64,000 nucleotides of DNA from Macrostomum lignano (GCA_002269645.1 NIVC01002560.1:97635-161634); one strand, 5' to 3'; counted from the stretch's first letter, positions 12,112-24,906 are shown. The notes: generated by a model from the letters alone, not told the origin. Made by a program: numbers and translations.

Positions 12112-15100
12112 TCAGTCGATGCGGTACAATTTAACACTGCAGTCGCACTTGTCAGCGCAGGTGGCCAGCAGCGGCAGCGGACCGGACAGCCAACAGGCGT
12201 CCAGCAGGCCGTCCCGGTGACCAAGCAACTCCAGCAGTGGCTGGCCGGACAGGCCGTCCCAGATCCGCGCCCGGCCGGCCACGTCCGCCGTGGCCAATCG
12301 GAGCGGTCCGGTGGTGGCCGGCCGCGGCAGCCAGAGGACGCGGACGACGCCGGCACCGACGCTGCAGCGCAGGCGAACCCGGAGGCTGTCGGCAGCCTGC
12401 AGGTCGAATACGAAAGCGAATCCGGCTAGGCAGCCGGCGGCCAGCAGTGACTCCTGCTGCGGGCAGAATTGCACCGACTCCACCGACCAGTTGCTGGCGT
12501 CTGGAGTGGCCTCTGAGGCTGAGGCCTGCACCGTGGTGGTGGCCTCAGCCGATACCTGAAGATCGCCGTTAAATAGAGATTAAATGTATATTGCGGCTCA
12601 CCCACCTCGCTCCACTCTCTTACCAAATGTACATTGCGGCTCACCCGCCTCGCTCCACTCTCTTACCAAATGTACATTGCGGCTCACCCGCCTCGCTCCA
12701 CTCTCTTACCAAATGTACATTGCGGCTCACCCGCCTCGCTCCACTCTCTTACCAAATGTACATTTCGGCTCACCCGCCTCGCTCCACTCTCTTACCAAAT
12801 GTACATTGCGGCTCACCCGCCTCGCTCCACTCTCTTACCAAATGTACATTGCGGCTCACCCGCCTCGCTCCACTCTCTTACCAAATGTACATTGCGGCTG
12901 ACCGACCAACAACTCACCTGCGGCAAGCTGCACACGGCCAGAGGCACTCGTGGCGCGGCGGCCCTGAAGCAGACAACATCTCCTGTCTCAGTGCCGCAGG
13001 CGGCCAGACCCGAGCTGGGCGCGGCATCGATGGCCAGCACCGAGGAGTCACATTCGAGAGAGCCGGTCGAGGTGGCCACGGCCTGGCCGGCACGGAGGTC
13101 GAGCAGGCGGACTCGGCCGTTATCGTGAGCAGCCAGGGCGTGGCCAGGGTCGTTGGGAAGCACCAGGCCGCAGGTGGTCTCGCTGTCTACTTGGCCGCCT
13201 GCGATCACCTTGCACTGGCCGGAGGGAATCTGCATAGCCAGGGCCGAAGAGTCGATGATGCGAGATTGAGAGCCGGGTGAAAAGTGATGTAGGCAGTTAT
13301 GAGAAAGTTGGTTATTGATACATGCGATGATGAGAAAGCATTTCAGAGATGATCCTAAGAAATTTTGTTAGGCTTATTTTACGAAAGCGGTTTAGAGCTA
13401 ATTCTGTCTAGGTTTGGGCTGAATCTTAGAAAGCGGGTTACGGTTGTTTCTAAGAAAGTAGGATAAGGCTGATTTTAATAGTGGGTTATGTGCTTTGTTG
13501 CAATAAATTCTCTAGAAAGCTGCATGAGTCAGGATAGCCTGTTTTCACAGACTCAGAACTCAACGAATCGGAAGGCAACGGGCAGCTCACCTGCCACAGC
13601 CAGCAGCTGCCGTCGCCGGTGCCAACCAGCAACGCAGAGGCCACCAGCGGATGCCAGCAGCCCCAGCGCAGCTCGGCGGCCTCCCCAGACCACATTGGCT
13701 GCGCCTCCGCAGACGAGGAGCTGTTGGCGGGGTTCGCGGAAACTTCCTGGCCAAACTGGCTGGTCTCCCAGACGTTCACCTGGCCGGATAAATCACCCGT
13801 GGCTAGCAGGGTGCCTGTCCTGCGGGTTGCGGGCATAGGCGACTAGCTGCTACTGGATAATGCTTGGTTACAGGCTAATTAATGCTCTTCTATTGATTCG
13901 CTAAATTCAGACACACGGCTAATGCCTAGCAAAAGTAGCAACTTAGTGACACATGCCTAGATACCCAGGCCAAGAAGCGTCGCTCCAGACTCGTACGTAA
14001 CACAGGTAAAAAAAGAAAGAAGTGACTCTAGACGACTTCAAAGCGACGAGATTTAATAGTCGCCTAAGAGTTAATTTGAGGCGTTTTAGTGTCTGTGACT
14101 CTTGGGCGTCTCTAAATTTATAATGACTCTGGACCCATAGAGTCGTATCAAAGGCGTGCTGGAGTCGCTGTAGTGAGTTGCGTCTAGCTAACGCTTAGCT
14201 ACTGCCTTGCTATTGTTTAGCTAACGCCTAGCTACTGCCTTGCTATTGTTTAGCTAACGCCTAGCTACTGCCTTGCTATTGACTAGCTAACGCCTAGCTA
14301 CTGCCTTGCTATTGTTTAGCTAACGCTTAGCTACTGCCTTGCTATTGACTAGCTAACGCCTAGCTACTGCCTTGCTATTGACTAGCTAACGCCTAGCTAC
14401 TGCCTTGCTATTGACTAGCTAACGCCTAGCTACTGCCTTGCTATTGACTAGCTAACGCCTAGCTACTGCCTTGCTATTGACTAGCTAACGCCTAGCTACT
14501 GCCTTGCTATTGACTAGCTAACGCCTAGCTACTGCCTTGCTATTGACTAGCTAACGCCTAGCTACTGCCTTGCTATTGACTAGCTAACGCCTAGCTACTG
14601 CCTTGCTATTGACTAGCTAACGCCTAGCTACTGCCTTGCTATTGTTTAGCTAACGCCTAGCTACTGCCTTGCTATTGACTAGCTAACGCCTAGCTACTGC
14701 CTTGCTATTGACTAGCTAACGCCTAGCTACTGCCTTGCTATTGACTAGCTAACGCCTAGCTACTGCCTTGCTATTGACTAGCTAACGCCTAGCTACTGCC
14801 TTGCTATTGACTAGCTAACGCCTAGCTACTGCCTTGCTATTGTTTAGCTAACGCCTAGCTACTGCCTTGCTATTGACTAGCTAACGCCTAGCTACTGCCT
14901 TGCTATTGTTTAGCTAACGCCTAGCTACTGCCTTGCTATTGACTAGCTAACGCCTAGCTACTGCCTTGCTATTGTTTAGCTAACGCTTAGCTACTGCCTT
15001 GCTATTGACTAGCTAACGCCTAGCTACTGCCTTGCTATTGACTAGCTAACGCCTAGCTACTGCCTTGCTATTGACTAGCTAACGCCTAGCTACTGCCTTG

Positions 15101-15711
15101 CTATTGACTAGCTAACGCCTAGCTACTGCCTTGCTATTGACTAGCTAACGCCTAGCTACTGCCTTGCTATTGACTAGCTAACGCCTAGCTACTGCCTTGC
15201 TATTGACTAGCTAACGCCTAGCTACTGCCTTGCTATTGACTAGCTAACGCCTAGCTACTGCCTTGCTATTGACTAGCTAACGCCTAGCTACCCACCTATT
15301 AAAGGAGACGAAGACCACGGAGTCGTCGTGGCCGCCGCAAACCCCAACAAGTTTTGCGTCGACCGCAGTGGCCGCAGCGTGCGGTCCATCGGCGCCAACC
15401 CGCCAAACCAGGGCGCGGTCGTCCTCGCCGCCGCTTGCCAGCAGGCGGCCGTCGGGCGAGGCGGCCAGGCAGAAGACGCTGGACGCGTGGCCGCTCAGTG
15501 TGGCTACTGAGTCGTCGCGCGCGACCTCCAGTGGCTGGCGGACCGGCACCGGCTCAGCTCCCTCGGACTCGTCGCTTTCAAAGCTGTCGTCACCGAGGCA
15601 GCCGTCATTCTCGCCCTCACCGATGTCGACAATTTCCAGATCCTCGAAGTCGAACTCGTCCCCATCGGCCTCCTCAGCCAGGTCATCAGTGTCCGGCTGC
15701 TGCTGCTGCAT
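12112..15711 (-). CDS. AAMP: Angio-associated migratory cell protein / Sqt1-like WD40 protein, 466 aa, 4 exons
   Basis: Exons 15711-15296, 13819-13591, 13229-12918 and 12555-12112 with canonical splice sites and consistent phases (2, 0, 0). Acidic N-terminus, then DDSVATLSGHASSVFC..ASGGEDDRALVW..GHDDSV..LLATGDLSGQVNVW..WHP..LLVGTGDGSCWLWQ..SVESVQFC, recalled as colinear with AAMP. Confidence 0.88.
12582..12900. repeat. 43-bp minisatellite (AAATGTACATTGCGGCTCACCCGCCTCGCTCCACTCTCTTACC), about 7 copies, filling AAMP intron 3
   Basis: Read directly. Confidence 0.95.
14185..15290. repeat. 33-bp minisatellite (GACTAGCTAACGCCTAGCTACTGCCTTGCTATT), about 33 copies, in AAMP intron 1
   Basis: Near-identical copies starting about 5 nt from the GT donor at 15295. 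Confidence 0.97.
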
Positions 15712-16925
15712 GGCCGGCTTTCTCTAGGCGATCGAAATGCTGCGAGTCTGCGGTTTGAGCTGCGTGGCCCCAGCTGCTTGCCCTCCACAGCAGCAGATTG
15801 CATTTAGGACAAGAAACAGTCAACAGTTAAAAAAATTGAGACATGATTTTATAAACAAAAACTATAGCCTTTCGCAAGCTATTTGATAGTACGAGCAAGC
15901 AATTTAAGGGGAGCTTTGCCACTGCAGATGAAGTGCTGGAAGAACAAGATCATGCAGCACATGGCTCCTACAACAAGATGAGCAACAAAAAGTACATATT
16001 GATTGTGGGTACAATTGAAAGGGGTGATAGAGCTGCCCACATCTCACAATGGATGAAGGTGAAGCTGCAAACTGTATGCAAACTGTGGACGGTTTAGGCA
16101 CATGCTCTGTTTCATTGGTGAAGCAATTCTATAGACTACTAATAATTAGCTAATTGGAATGATATTTCATTGACTTGCTTTTGCTAATTTTTTACTCTAC
16201 TATCAGCTATAAATTCAGTTTGCTTAGTACTTAGTTTGCTCTGTTTTTGTTCTCAAACTTTTTGTGCTTTATTGATTTGTCTCCCCTGTTATAATGTTCA
16301 AATGTGAAACTAGTCACATTAGAAATGACTAAATGAGTGCTTAGATTATTAAATTTGTTGCTCTTAGACCCATTATTTAAGTAAAAAACTGAAAAATGTA
16401 TTTTCTAGCACTGGGTTTCCCAATGTGTATGCAATGATTCTACTAGAATTAGGGCCTATATTAAGACAAAATAAGACTAAATTATAGCAGAAGGATTAGC
16501 ATTATTAACAACTTAGATGATATTTTATGGGATCTTTTAAGATAGATCAAACTTAAGACCTTAGTACAACTATGGAAGCATTAGTAAGATATTTTTTTAA
16601 AAGAGAAATATTAACTTTTATATATGTACTTCTCTTTTTTATAACTTTTGAAGACAAGGAAAGCCCTTTTGGCAATAATAGGCCTAATAATTATTAATAC
16701 TGCTTAGGTATTTTATTAGATTAGATATATAAATAAATATGACCACAGAAATAGCACGATATAGTATAGAGTGGAAAGCATATATAGATTGTCTCCCAAA
16801 ATGGCAAAATTAATTCTTTTACCAATATACTTTGTGCTACCTTCTTGATTAACAGTTATATTTTTGGAAATATTTAGGCCTAATGCCTAATTTGAATGAA
16901 TTTAAATATTTAGGAGAGATATGAA

Positions 16926-17474
16926 TAGGGATTGCAAAATCCTGGCTTTTTATGATCCCGGGATCCTGGGATTAAATCCTGGAATTTGGCCAATGCCAGG
17001 ATTGAATCCCGGGATCAGAATAGGCCTAATATAGATTTTTATACTTCTAGGTTGAAATTTTAAGGCAAAATATGCACTAAACACTTTTTGCTTACTTTTT
17101 TGATTGTTATAGAGATAATGATCTATTTGTAGATGAAAAACAGCATTATCTTGTGACCTATTGAAGTAAGTAGTATAATTGTACTAATTAGTAGTAAAGA
17201 AGCAAATCATATCAAAATTTAAATTGAAATTAATTTCATATTTAAATCTGTGATATGGGGTTTAAAAAGGTGCCATACGATGTGAGGCAATTAATGGAAA
17301 TTGGTGCAATATAATAAACTAGTTATGGGCCTAATTATGTTTATATTACAGCACTTTTTGTAAAAATATTAACAAAAATTAGTCCTGGGATTTGGGGTCC
17401 CTAATCCCAGGAATGGAAATCCCAGGATTTAGGCCCAATCCTGGGATTTTGGGATCCCGGGATTGCAATCCCTA
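16926..17474. mobile_element. Non-autonomous hAT-like MITE (549 bp)
   Basis: Termini TAGGGATTGCA...TGCAATCCCTA, GGGATCCC-rich subterminal repeats, flanked by GATATGAA / GATATGAG (7 of 8 match; 8-bp TSD is typical of hAT). Confidence 0.75.
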
Positions 17475-18254
17475 GATATGAGATAGACCCTAAGATATAG
17501 ATATAGGCCTAATATAAAAGATATAGGGCCTAAACATCATTATATTATAATGTTTAACTAAATCAATAACTCTATTAACTGTTTTACTTAAATATATATA
17601 TTTTTGTGAAAATATTATTTACCTAGGGGCCTAACTAAAATAGTTAATCAAATGTAGAGAAAACAGATTTGGGCCTAGCATAAATATAAATGTGAAAATA
17701 AAAATTATGAAATTGAAAAGCATAAAGCTTTGTAGGCCCTAGAACTTAGCTATCATAGGCCTACTAGCAACTTCTCAAAATAGTGCAGCTTTACTAGGAT
17801 TAACTACAACAATACACTTTAAGAACAGAATTTTGTAGAATTTTTCCATGAATTGTGTGATTTATGATTTTTTTATTTCTTATGGACCTATCAATATTCA
17901 ATAGGCCTATCAACCGATTTTTGTTTGTGCACATGGTCTATGATGCTACATCTATCCTGATATATGTCTCTAAAAGCCACTTTAATATATACCATTAGCA
18001 TTAAATTTAGTGCCCAAATGGGATTTTAAACTTTTTATAAATTTTAGATTCTAGGAAAAATGTTTTCTGGAACACAAGAAATAAAGAAAAACTACAATAG
18101 ATCATAGCAACGAATAAATGCTACTAGAATATATGTTTTTAAATAATTTATTTGTTTTAAAATCATTCTTTAATGTTAATTAAAACAGTTTTGGTTTAAA
18201 TAAAATATTTAAAAGTCAAAACTTGCAATGAAACTTCTTCTTGAAGAGTTTAAT

Positions 18255-18995
18255 GGCAGTGACTATTCGTCCGGTACCGGATAAATAAAAGTGAATTTAT
18301 TCGTCCGGTACCGGATAAATAACAGTGAAGTTATTCGTCCGGTACCGGATAAATAACAGTGAAGTTATTCGTCCGGTACCGGCTGAGCTGCGTGAATTGC
18401 CACTCTGCGCATCTTTTCTAGCTAGGTATACTAGCGTGATGTTAGAGTGTCTTCCTGATGATTAGTCAGTACTGAGTTCGAGTCTGTAGTGAAGACTCCA
18501 CTTTTTTATTGTAACAACTCCAAGTGTTATTGTAATTATAACTTTAAGTCCTTACTTTGGCGTTTGTGCTATACAACAGCAAATATCGTTATTAATTTTG
18601 ACTGTACTATGACTACTGTCTACTAAACCAAAACATACCGATATGTATAGAACGAAATATGATAAAGGTAAAAATTGTACAAAACTGCTGGATCGAGCAA
18701 TGACATGTAGACTATGCCCAAGTATTTTTTGCCCAAAGTTCTAGAATTTCTGAGAAACAGCACTATCTAATCACAATGAATATTTTCTGCTTCTAGCCAA
18801 AAAGTGAACTATATACTACTTTTTTGAGTATTCCCTGTATTTTACAAGTTTTTATTATATATCCAAGTCTATACTGTGCCGGACGAATAACTTCACTTTA
18901 TCCAGTACTGGACAAATAACTTCACTTTTATTTATCTAGTACTGGACAAATAACTTCACTTTTATTTGTCCGGTACCAGACAAATAGTCACTGCC
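18255..18995. mobile_element. MITE (741 bp) with about 100-bp TIRs built from three CCGGTACCGG palindrome units and a 4-bp TAAT TSD
   Basis: GGCAGTGACTATT... at 18255 is the reverse complement of ...AATAGTCACTGCC ending at 18995; TAAT at 18251-18254 and 18996-18999. Confidence 0.85.
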
Positions 18996-19270
18996 TAATT
19001 TAATAGGCCTAGCCTCATAGCCTGTTAGTGCAAAAATACTGGTAATAGGCCTAGGCCTATATTAACTTTTTTATTCTGCTTTTTGGATTTTCTCTTTCAT
19101 TGCCTTCTTATATTCTTCAAGTCCAAGAATAGGTCAAAAGAACAAAGCCTAGTCCCTACCTAGTCTAGTCAGAAAGAAGAGTTAGTCCTAAGCTAAGGGC
19201 CTAGGCTTAACAGGTCAGTTGATATTTTGGCCAACATCCAATAACCTGGTTATTGAATCTGGTTAACCTC

Positions 19271-19336
19271 AAAAAAATATAACCTGGTTATTGGATATTA
19301 ATTAACCAATATCCAATAACCAGGTTATATTTTTTT
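19271..19336. repeat. Perfect 29-bp inverted repeat with 8-nt spacer; one arm is repeated again at about 19346-19374
   Basis: AAAAAAATATAACCTGGTTATTGGATATT - AATTAACC - AATATCCAATAACCAGGTTATATTTTTTT. Confidence 0.9.
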
Positions 19337-19679
19337 GACCATACCAATATCCAATAACCAGGTTATATTTTTTTGTAAAACCCCCCCCCCCAAGTGCTTT
19401 TTATTATATAAAAATAAATGGCTAGGACTGCATTAATCTTAAGCTTAACTCCCTATTACATTAATTGCACAATGTGCATATAGGATAAAACTGTGTTTGA
19501 ATCTTTCTATTTATATAAACTGATATTGTTTTTTATTTATCAGTTTATTACCAAGTTATGAGCTTAAGAAATTCAAAAAAGGATGATGAAATTTTTGTAT
19601 GTAGAATGACAAGTATTTTATTAGTTCTTGTAATGATAATTAATAATTGATTACACCTGCCCCAATTTGGCTAGATATG

Positions 19680-19938
19680 CATCTGACAGCTCAGCCACAG
19701 CTATTGTGTGGCGCATCTGAAGGCTGTATATAGCTGTTTAGTCCAAGGACTGGGAGTTGCCACACACCCTCAATTACCCCAGCTACTACTGGCATCCATT
19801 TTACAGCTGGGTGAACTGAAGCAATGCAGAGTTAAGTGTCTTGCTCAAGGGCATAAATTGTCCAAGTGGGATTGAGAATTGGACCCCTGGCCTTCAAGTT
19901 GTGAGTCCAACACTAATAACCATTAGGCTACAGCCCCC
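19680..19938 (-). mobile_element. tRNA-derived SINE with CORE-like central domain
   Basis: Minus strand: GGGGCTGTAGCCTAATGGTTA (A box), degenerate B box, then CCCTTGAGCAAGACACTTAACTCTGCATTGCTTCAGTTCACCCAGCTGTAAAATGG, resembling the recalled MIR/CORE consensus CCTTGGGCAAGTCACTTAACCTCTCTGTGCCTCAGTTTCCTCATCTGTAAAATGG. 3' boundary is approximate. Confidence 0.65.
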
Positions 19939-20102
19939 TTGTAACCCCCCCCCCCTTGTATAACCCCTTCGACAATGGTATCCTAACTAAATTCGATAAC
20001 TCAATATGCAGATGCACTTTTTACTTTAATTCTAGGCATACGATATAACATTATCTGTAACTTCATGTCGAGCTGTTTATTCAGCGGAAATCTGGCCATC
20101 GA

Positions 20103-21099
20103 ATGTCTTCAGTTCGGATTCAAAATCTTAGCGATGAGGAACTTCACCGCGAGCTGAGCAGATTTCTAGTGCCGGAATCTGTGCCTCCGGTCAGCTGGTT
20201 CAACAGGCGGCTCATTGAGCGAAAATTGGCCAGGTGCTTGGATGGCCAGGTGCCTTACTCATCCACTGTTTCCCTGGCTAGCTGGTGAGTTCCAGGCCGA
20301 ATCCCGCTGCGGGACCACCAAGTCTCGAATCCCCAATCCCGCAGCGGCACCACAGAGTTCCGAATCCCCAATCCCACAGCGGCACCAGAGTCCCGAATCC
20401 CCAATCCCACAGCGGCACCACAGAGTCCCGAATCCCCAATCCCACAGCGGCACCAGAGTCCCGAATCCCCAATCCCACAGCGGCACCACAGAGTCCCGAA
20501 TCCCCAATCCCGCAGCGGCACCACAGAGCCCCCGAATTCCCAATCCCGCAGCGGCACCACAGAGCCCCCGAATTCCCAATCCCGCAGCGGCACCACAGAG
20601 CCCCCGAATTCCCAATCTCGCAGCGGCACCACAGAGCCCCCGAATTCCCAATCCCGCAGCGGCACCACAGAGCCCCCGAATTCCCAATCCCGCAGCGGCA
20701 CCACAGAGCCCCCGAATTCCCAATCCCGCAGCGGCACCACAGAGTCCCGAATTCCCAATCCCACAGCGGCACCACAGAGTCCCGAATTCCCAATCCCACA
20801 GCGGCACCAGCTCCACTCGTACCGGTGTCGGCAGTCGCAGAGGCGGCGCTGGCACGCCGATCCCGCCGGAAGCGTCGCCGACTCCAAAGGCCCGCTCCAC
20901 GGCCACGTGGCTGGTGGCGCTGGCGGTCTGCTGCGCGGTGCTCATCCTGCTGCTCAGCCTGGACCCGGCCTTGGAGCGGCCGCCACCGCCACCCATGCCG
21001 CAGTCGTTGAGGGGCGCCGTCGCCGACTCCCAGCAGCTGCTGGCCGATGGCGCCGCTGCCGCGGTGGAATTCGACGCTAGCGGAGAGTTCGTGGGCTGA
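20103..21099 (+). CDS. LEM-domain inner-nuclear-membrane protein (emerin/LEMD1-like), about 155-160 aa, 2 exons
   Basis: Exon 20103-20284 (IQNLSDEELHRELSRFLVPESVPPVSWFNRRLIERKLARCL = LEM-like; donor GTGAGT, phase 2). Exon from 20802 or 20811 (both CAG, phase 2) to 21099, with a single TM helix WLVALAVCCAVLILLLSL. Confidence 0.78.
20320..20810. repeat. About 35-36-bp minisatellite (CCCGAATTCCCAATCCCGCAGCGGCACCACAGAG) filling the LEM-gene intron
   Basis: About 14 copies; the last unit supplies the 3' splice acceptor. Confidence 0.92.
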
Positions 21100-21739
21100 C
21101 TTTGGCGTCGCTGAGACACTCCCGGGACGTCGGCGGTTTAGGGAATGTCGCTGCAAATACCACGACTCACTGGGGGATCAAAATTTGCTTCAAGATTAGC
21201 GAGAGAGCTAATTCGCAACTCTGCAATTTCATCATCCTCTGGGGTGGGGGGCCATAATGGCCAAAGGCTCTCATTTCGTAAAAAGCACACCACAGCTTTT
21301 AGGGAAAATCTAATTTAGGGAACGTCATTCAATTTTACGAGTACTAATTATTTATTGATAGCCAAGTGAATCTGATAAGTGGCTGAAAAAAATCTGAATT
21401 TATCTATTATATCCCATTGGTGTTGTACCAGCGTTTATCAAGTGCTTACTGCCCAGTATTATCCAGTGCTATTAGTTCTGTCAGTCTGCCCTATTCACAT
21501 TGTCAGTATTGTTTTTATTCTATTGATTATTTCCAGCTTTTTTCAACAGTTTTTTTTTCACAAAAGTTCAGCTTCCTGCTTAGCTGCATCTCCGGGGAAT
21601 TTTTACAGACATTTTTAGCAGTTTTTAATATGGCATCACGGCTTCTGATCCCATCAAATATATTCTTTGTGTTTATTTGCACTTTTTCTGTTCTAGAAAT
21701 GGCAAAGTGGCCTGCTTTTTGTCTTAATTTATCTTACTG

Positions 21740-22860
21740 TGTCAGGTGTGCCACTGTCTGCCCCCAGGGCCAGTGTGTCAGGTCAGGTGTGCCACTGTCT
21801 GCCCCAGGGCCAGTGTGTCAGGTCAGGTGTGCCACTGTCTGCCCCAGGGCCAGTGTGTCAGGTCAGGTGTGCCACTGTCTGCCCCCAGGGCCAGTGTGTC
21901 AGGTCAGGTGTACCGCTGTCTGCCCCCAGGGCCAGTGTGTCAGGTCAGGTGTGCCACTGTCTGCCCCCAGGGCCAGTGTGTCAGGTCAGGTGTGCCACTG
22001 TCTGCCCCCAGGGCCAGTGTGTCAGGTCAGGTGTGCCACTGTCTGCCCCCAGGGCCAGTGTGTCAGGTCAGGTGTGCCGCTGTCTGCCCCCAGGGCCAGT
22101 GTGTCAGGTCAGGTGTGCCGCTGTCTGCCCCCAGGGCCAGTGTGTCAGGTCAGGTGTGCCACTGTCTGCCCCCAGGGCCAGTGTGTCAGGTCAGGTGTGC
22201 CGCTGTCTGCCCCCAGGGCCAGTGTGTCAGGTCAGGTGTGCCGCTGTCTGCCCCAGGGCCAGTGTGTCAGGTCAGGTGTGCCGCTGTCTGCCCCCAGGGC
22301 CAGTGTGTCAGGTCAGGTGTGCCACTGTCTGCCCCAGGGCCAGTGTGTCAGGTCAGGTGTGCCGCTGTCTGCCCCCAGGGCCAGTGTGTCAGGTCAGGTG
22401 TGCCGCTGTCTGCCCCCAGGGCCAGTGTGTCAGGTCAGGTGTGCCACTGTCTGCCCCCAGGGCCAGTGTGTCAGGTCAGGTGTGCCGCTGTCTGCCCCCA
22501 GGGCCAGTGTGTCAGGTCAGGTGTACCGCTGTCTGCCCCCAGGGCCAGTGTGTCAGGTCAGGTGTGCCGCTGTCTGCCCCCAGGGCCAGTGTGTCAGGTC
22601 AGGTGTGCCACTGTCTGCCCCAGGGCCAGTGTGTCAGGTCAGGTGTGCCGCTGTCTGCCCCCAGGGCCAGTGTGTCAGGTCAGGTGTGCCACTGTCTGCC
22701 CCAGGGCCAGTGTGTCAGGTCAGGTGTGCCACTGTCTGCCCCCAGGGCCAGTGAGTCAGGTCAGGTGTGCGGCTGTCTGCCCCCAGGGCCAGTGTGTCAG
22801 GTCAGGCGTACCGCTGTCTGCTGTCTGCCCAACCAGGGCCAGTGTGTCAGGTCAGGTGTG
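21740..22860. repeat. 40-41-bp minisatellite (GTGTCAGGTCAGGTGTGCCACTGTCTGCCCCCAGGGCCAGT)
   Basis: About 27 copies; accounts for the 378-445 aa Cys-rich repeat ORFs. Confidence 0.97.
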
Positions 22861-22899
22861 GCATTCCACGTGTCATATATGATGTGCCACTGTTGGCTA

Positions 22900-24846
22900 G
22901 CCCCATTGTGTCAGCCATGCCCATCAGTCTGACCCCATTGTGTCAGCCATGCCCATCAGTCTGACCCCATTGTGTCAGCCATGCCCATCAGTCTGACCCC
23001 ATTGTGTCAGCCATGCCCATCAGTCTGACCCCATTGTGTCAGCCATGCCCATCAGTCTGACCCCATTGTGTCAGCCATGCCCATCAGTCTGACCCCATTG
23101 TGTCAGCGGTGCCCATCAGTCTGACCCCATTGTGTCAGCCATGCCCATCAGTCTGACCCCATTGTGTCAGCGGTGCCCATCAGTCTGACCCCATTGTGTC
23201 AGCGGTGCCCATCAGTCTGACCCCATTGTGTCAGCCATGCCCATCATTCTGATCCCATTGTACCAGCGGTGCCAATCAGTCTGACCCCATTGTGTCAGCC
23301 ATGCCCATCAGTCTGACCTCATTGTGTCAGCGGTGCCCATCAGTCTGACCCCATTGTGTCAGCGGTGCCCATCAGTCTGACCCTATTGTGTCAGCCATGC
23401 CCATCATTCTGATCCCATTGTGCCAGCGGTGCCAATCAGTCTGACCCCATTGTATCAGCCATGCCCATCAGGCTGACCCCATTGTGTCAGCCATGCCCAT
23501 CAGTCTGACCCCATTGTGTCAGCGGTGCCCATCAGTCTGACCCCATTGTGTCAGCCATGCCCATCAGTCTGACCCCATTGTGTCAGCGGTGCCCATCAGT
23601 CTGACCCCATTGTGTCAGCGGTGCCCATCAGTCTGACCCTATTGTGTCAGCCATGCCCATCAGTCTGATCCCATTGTGTCAGCGGTGCCCATCAGTCTGA
23701 CCCCATTGTGTCAGCGGTGCCCATCAGTCTGACCCTATTGTGTCAGCCATGCCCATCATTCTGATCCCATTATGTCAGCCATGCCGATCAGTCTGGCCCC
23801 ATTGTGTCAGCCATGCCCATCAGTCTGATCCCATTGTGTCAGCCATGCCCATCAGTCTGACCCCATTGTGTCAGCGGTGCCCATCAGTCTGACCCCATTG
23901 TGTCAGCGGTGCCCATCAGTCTGACCCCATTGTGTCAGCCATGCCCATCATTCTGATCCCATTGTGCCAGCGGTGCCAATCAGTCTGACCCCTTGTGTCA
24001 GCCATGCCCATCAGTCTGACCCCATTGTGTCAGCGGTGCCCATCAGTCTGACCCCATTGTGTCAGCGGTGCCCATCAGTCTGACCCTATTGTGTCAGCCA
24101 TGCCCATCAGTCTGACCCCATTGTGTCAGCGGTGCCCATCAGTCTGACCCCATTGTGTCAGCGGTGCCCATCAGTCTGACCCTATTGTGTCAGCCATGCC
24201 CATCATTCTGATCCCATTGTGCCAGCGGTGCCAATCAGTCTGACCCCATTGTGTCAGCCATGCCCATCAGGCTGACCCCATTGTGTCAGCCATGCCCATC
24301 AGTCTGACCCCATTGTGTCAGCGGTGCCCATCAGTCTGACCCCATTGTGTCAGCCATGCCCATCAGTCTGACCCCATTGTGCCAGCGGTGCCAATCAGTC
24401 TGACCCCTTGTGTCAGCCATGCCCATCAGTCTGACCCCATTGTGTCAGCGGTGCCCATCAGTCTGACCCCATTGTGTCAGCGGTGCCCATCAGTCTGACC
24501 CTATTGTGTCAGCCATGCCTATCAGTCTGACCCCATTGTGTCAGCGGTGCCCATCAGTCTGACCCCATTGTGTCAGCGGTGCCCATCAGTCTGACCCCAT
24601 TGTGTCAGCGGTGCCCATCAGTCTGACCCTATTGTGTCAGCCATGCCCATCAGTCTGACCCCATTGTGTCAGCGGTGCCCATCAGTCTGACCCCATTGTG
24701 TCAGCCATGCCGATCAGTCTGGCCCCATTGTGTCAGCCATGCCGATCAGTCTGGCCCCATTGTGTCAGCCATGCCCATCAGTCTGATCCCATTGTGTCAG
24801 CCATGCCCATCAGTCTGATCCCATTGTGTCAGCCATGCCCATCAGT
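22900..24846. repeat. 32-bp minisatellite (CCCCATTGTGTCAGCCATGCCCATCAGTCTGA), about 60 copies
   Basis: Read directly; ends about 60 nt before the LAMTOR3 ATG. Confidence 0.97.
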
Positions 24847-24906
24847 CAACACCCTCCTTGCCCACTGCTTCATGCCAGCAGCCACAGCCCGATAGAGAAC
24901 CGCGCA

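Noticed and set aside
14185-15290. Regular repeat arrays as possible CRISPR
   Set aside because: Units are head-to-tail with no unique spacers, there are no cas genes, and the context is a eukaryotic intron. The same applies to all arrays in the window.
15904-16130. Possible piggyBac Cys-rich C-terminal remnant
   Set aside because: Needs several frameshifts; no TTAA/TIR found.
21417-22932. 378-445 aa Cys-rich ORFs resembling keratin-associated or metallothionein-like proteins
   Set aside because: Read-through of a 40/41-bp minisatellite, open in several frames; no splice or start context.
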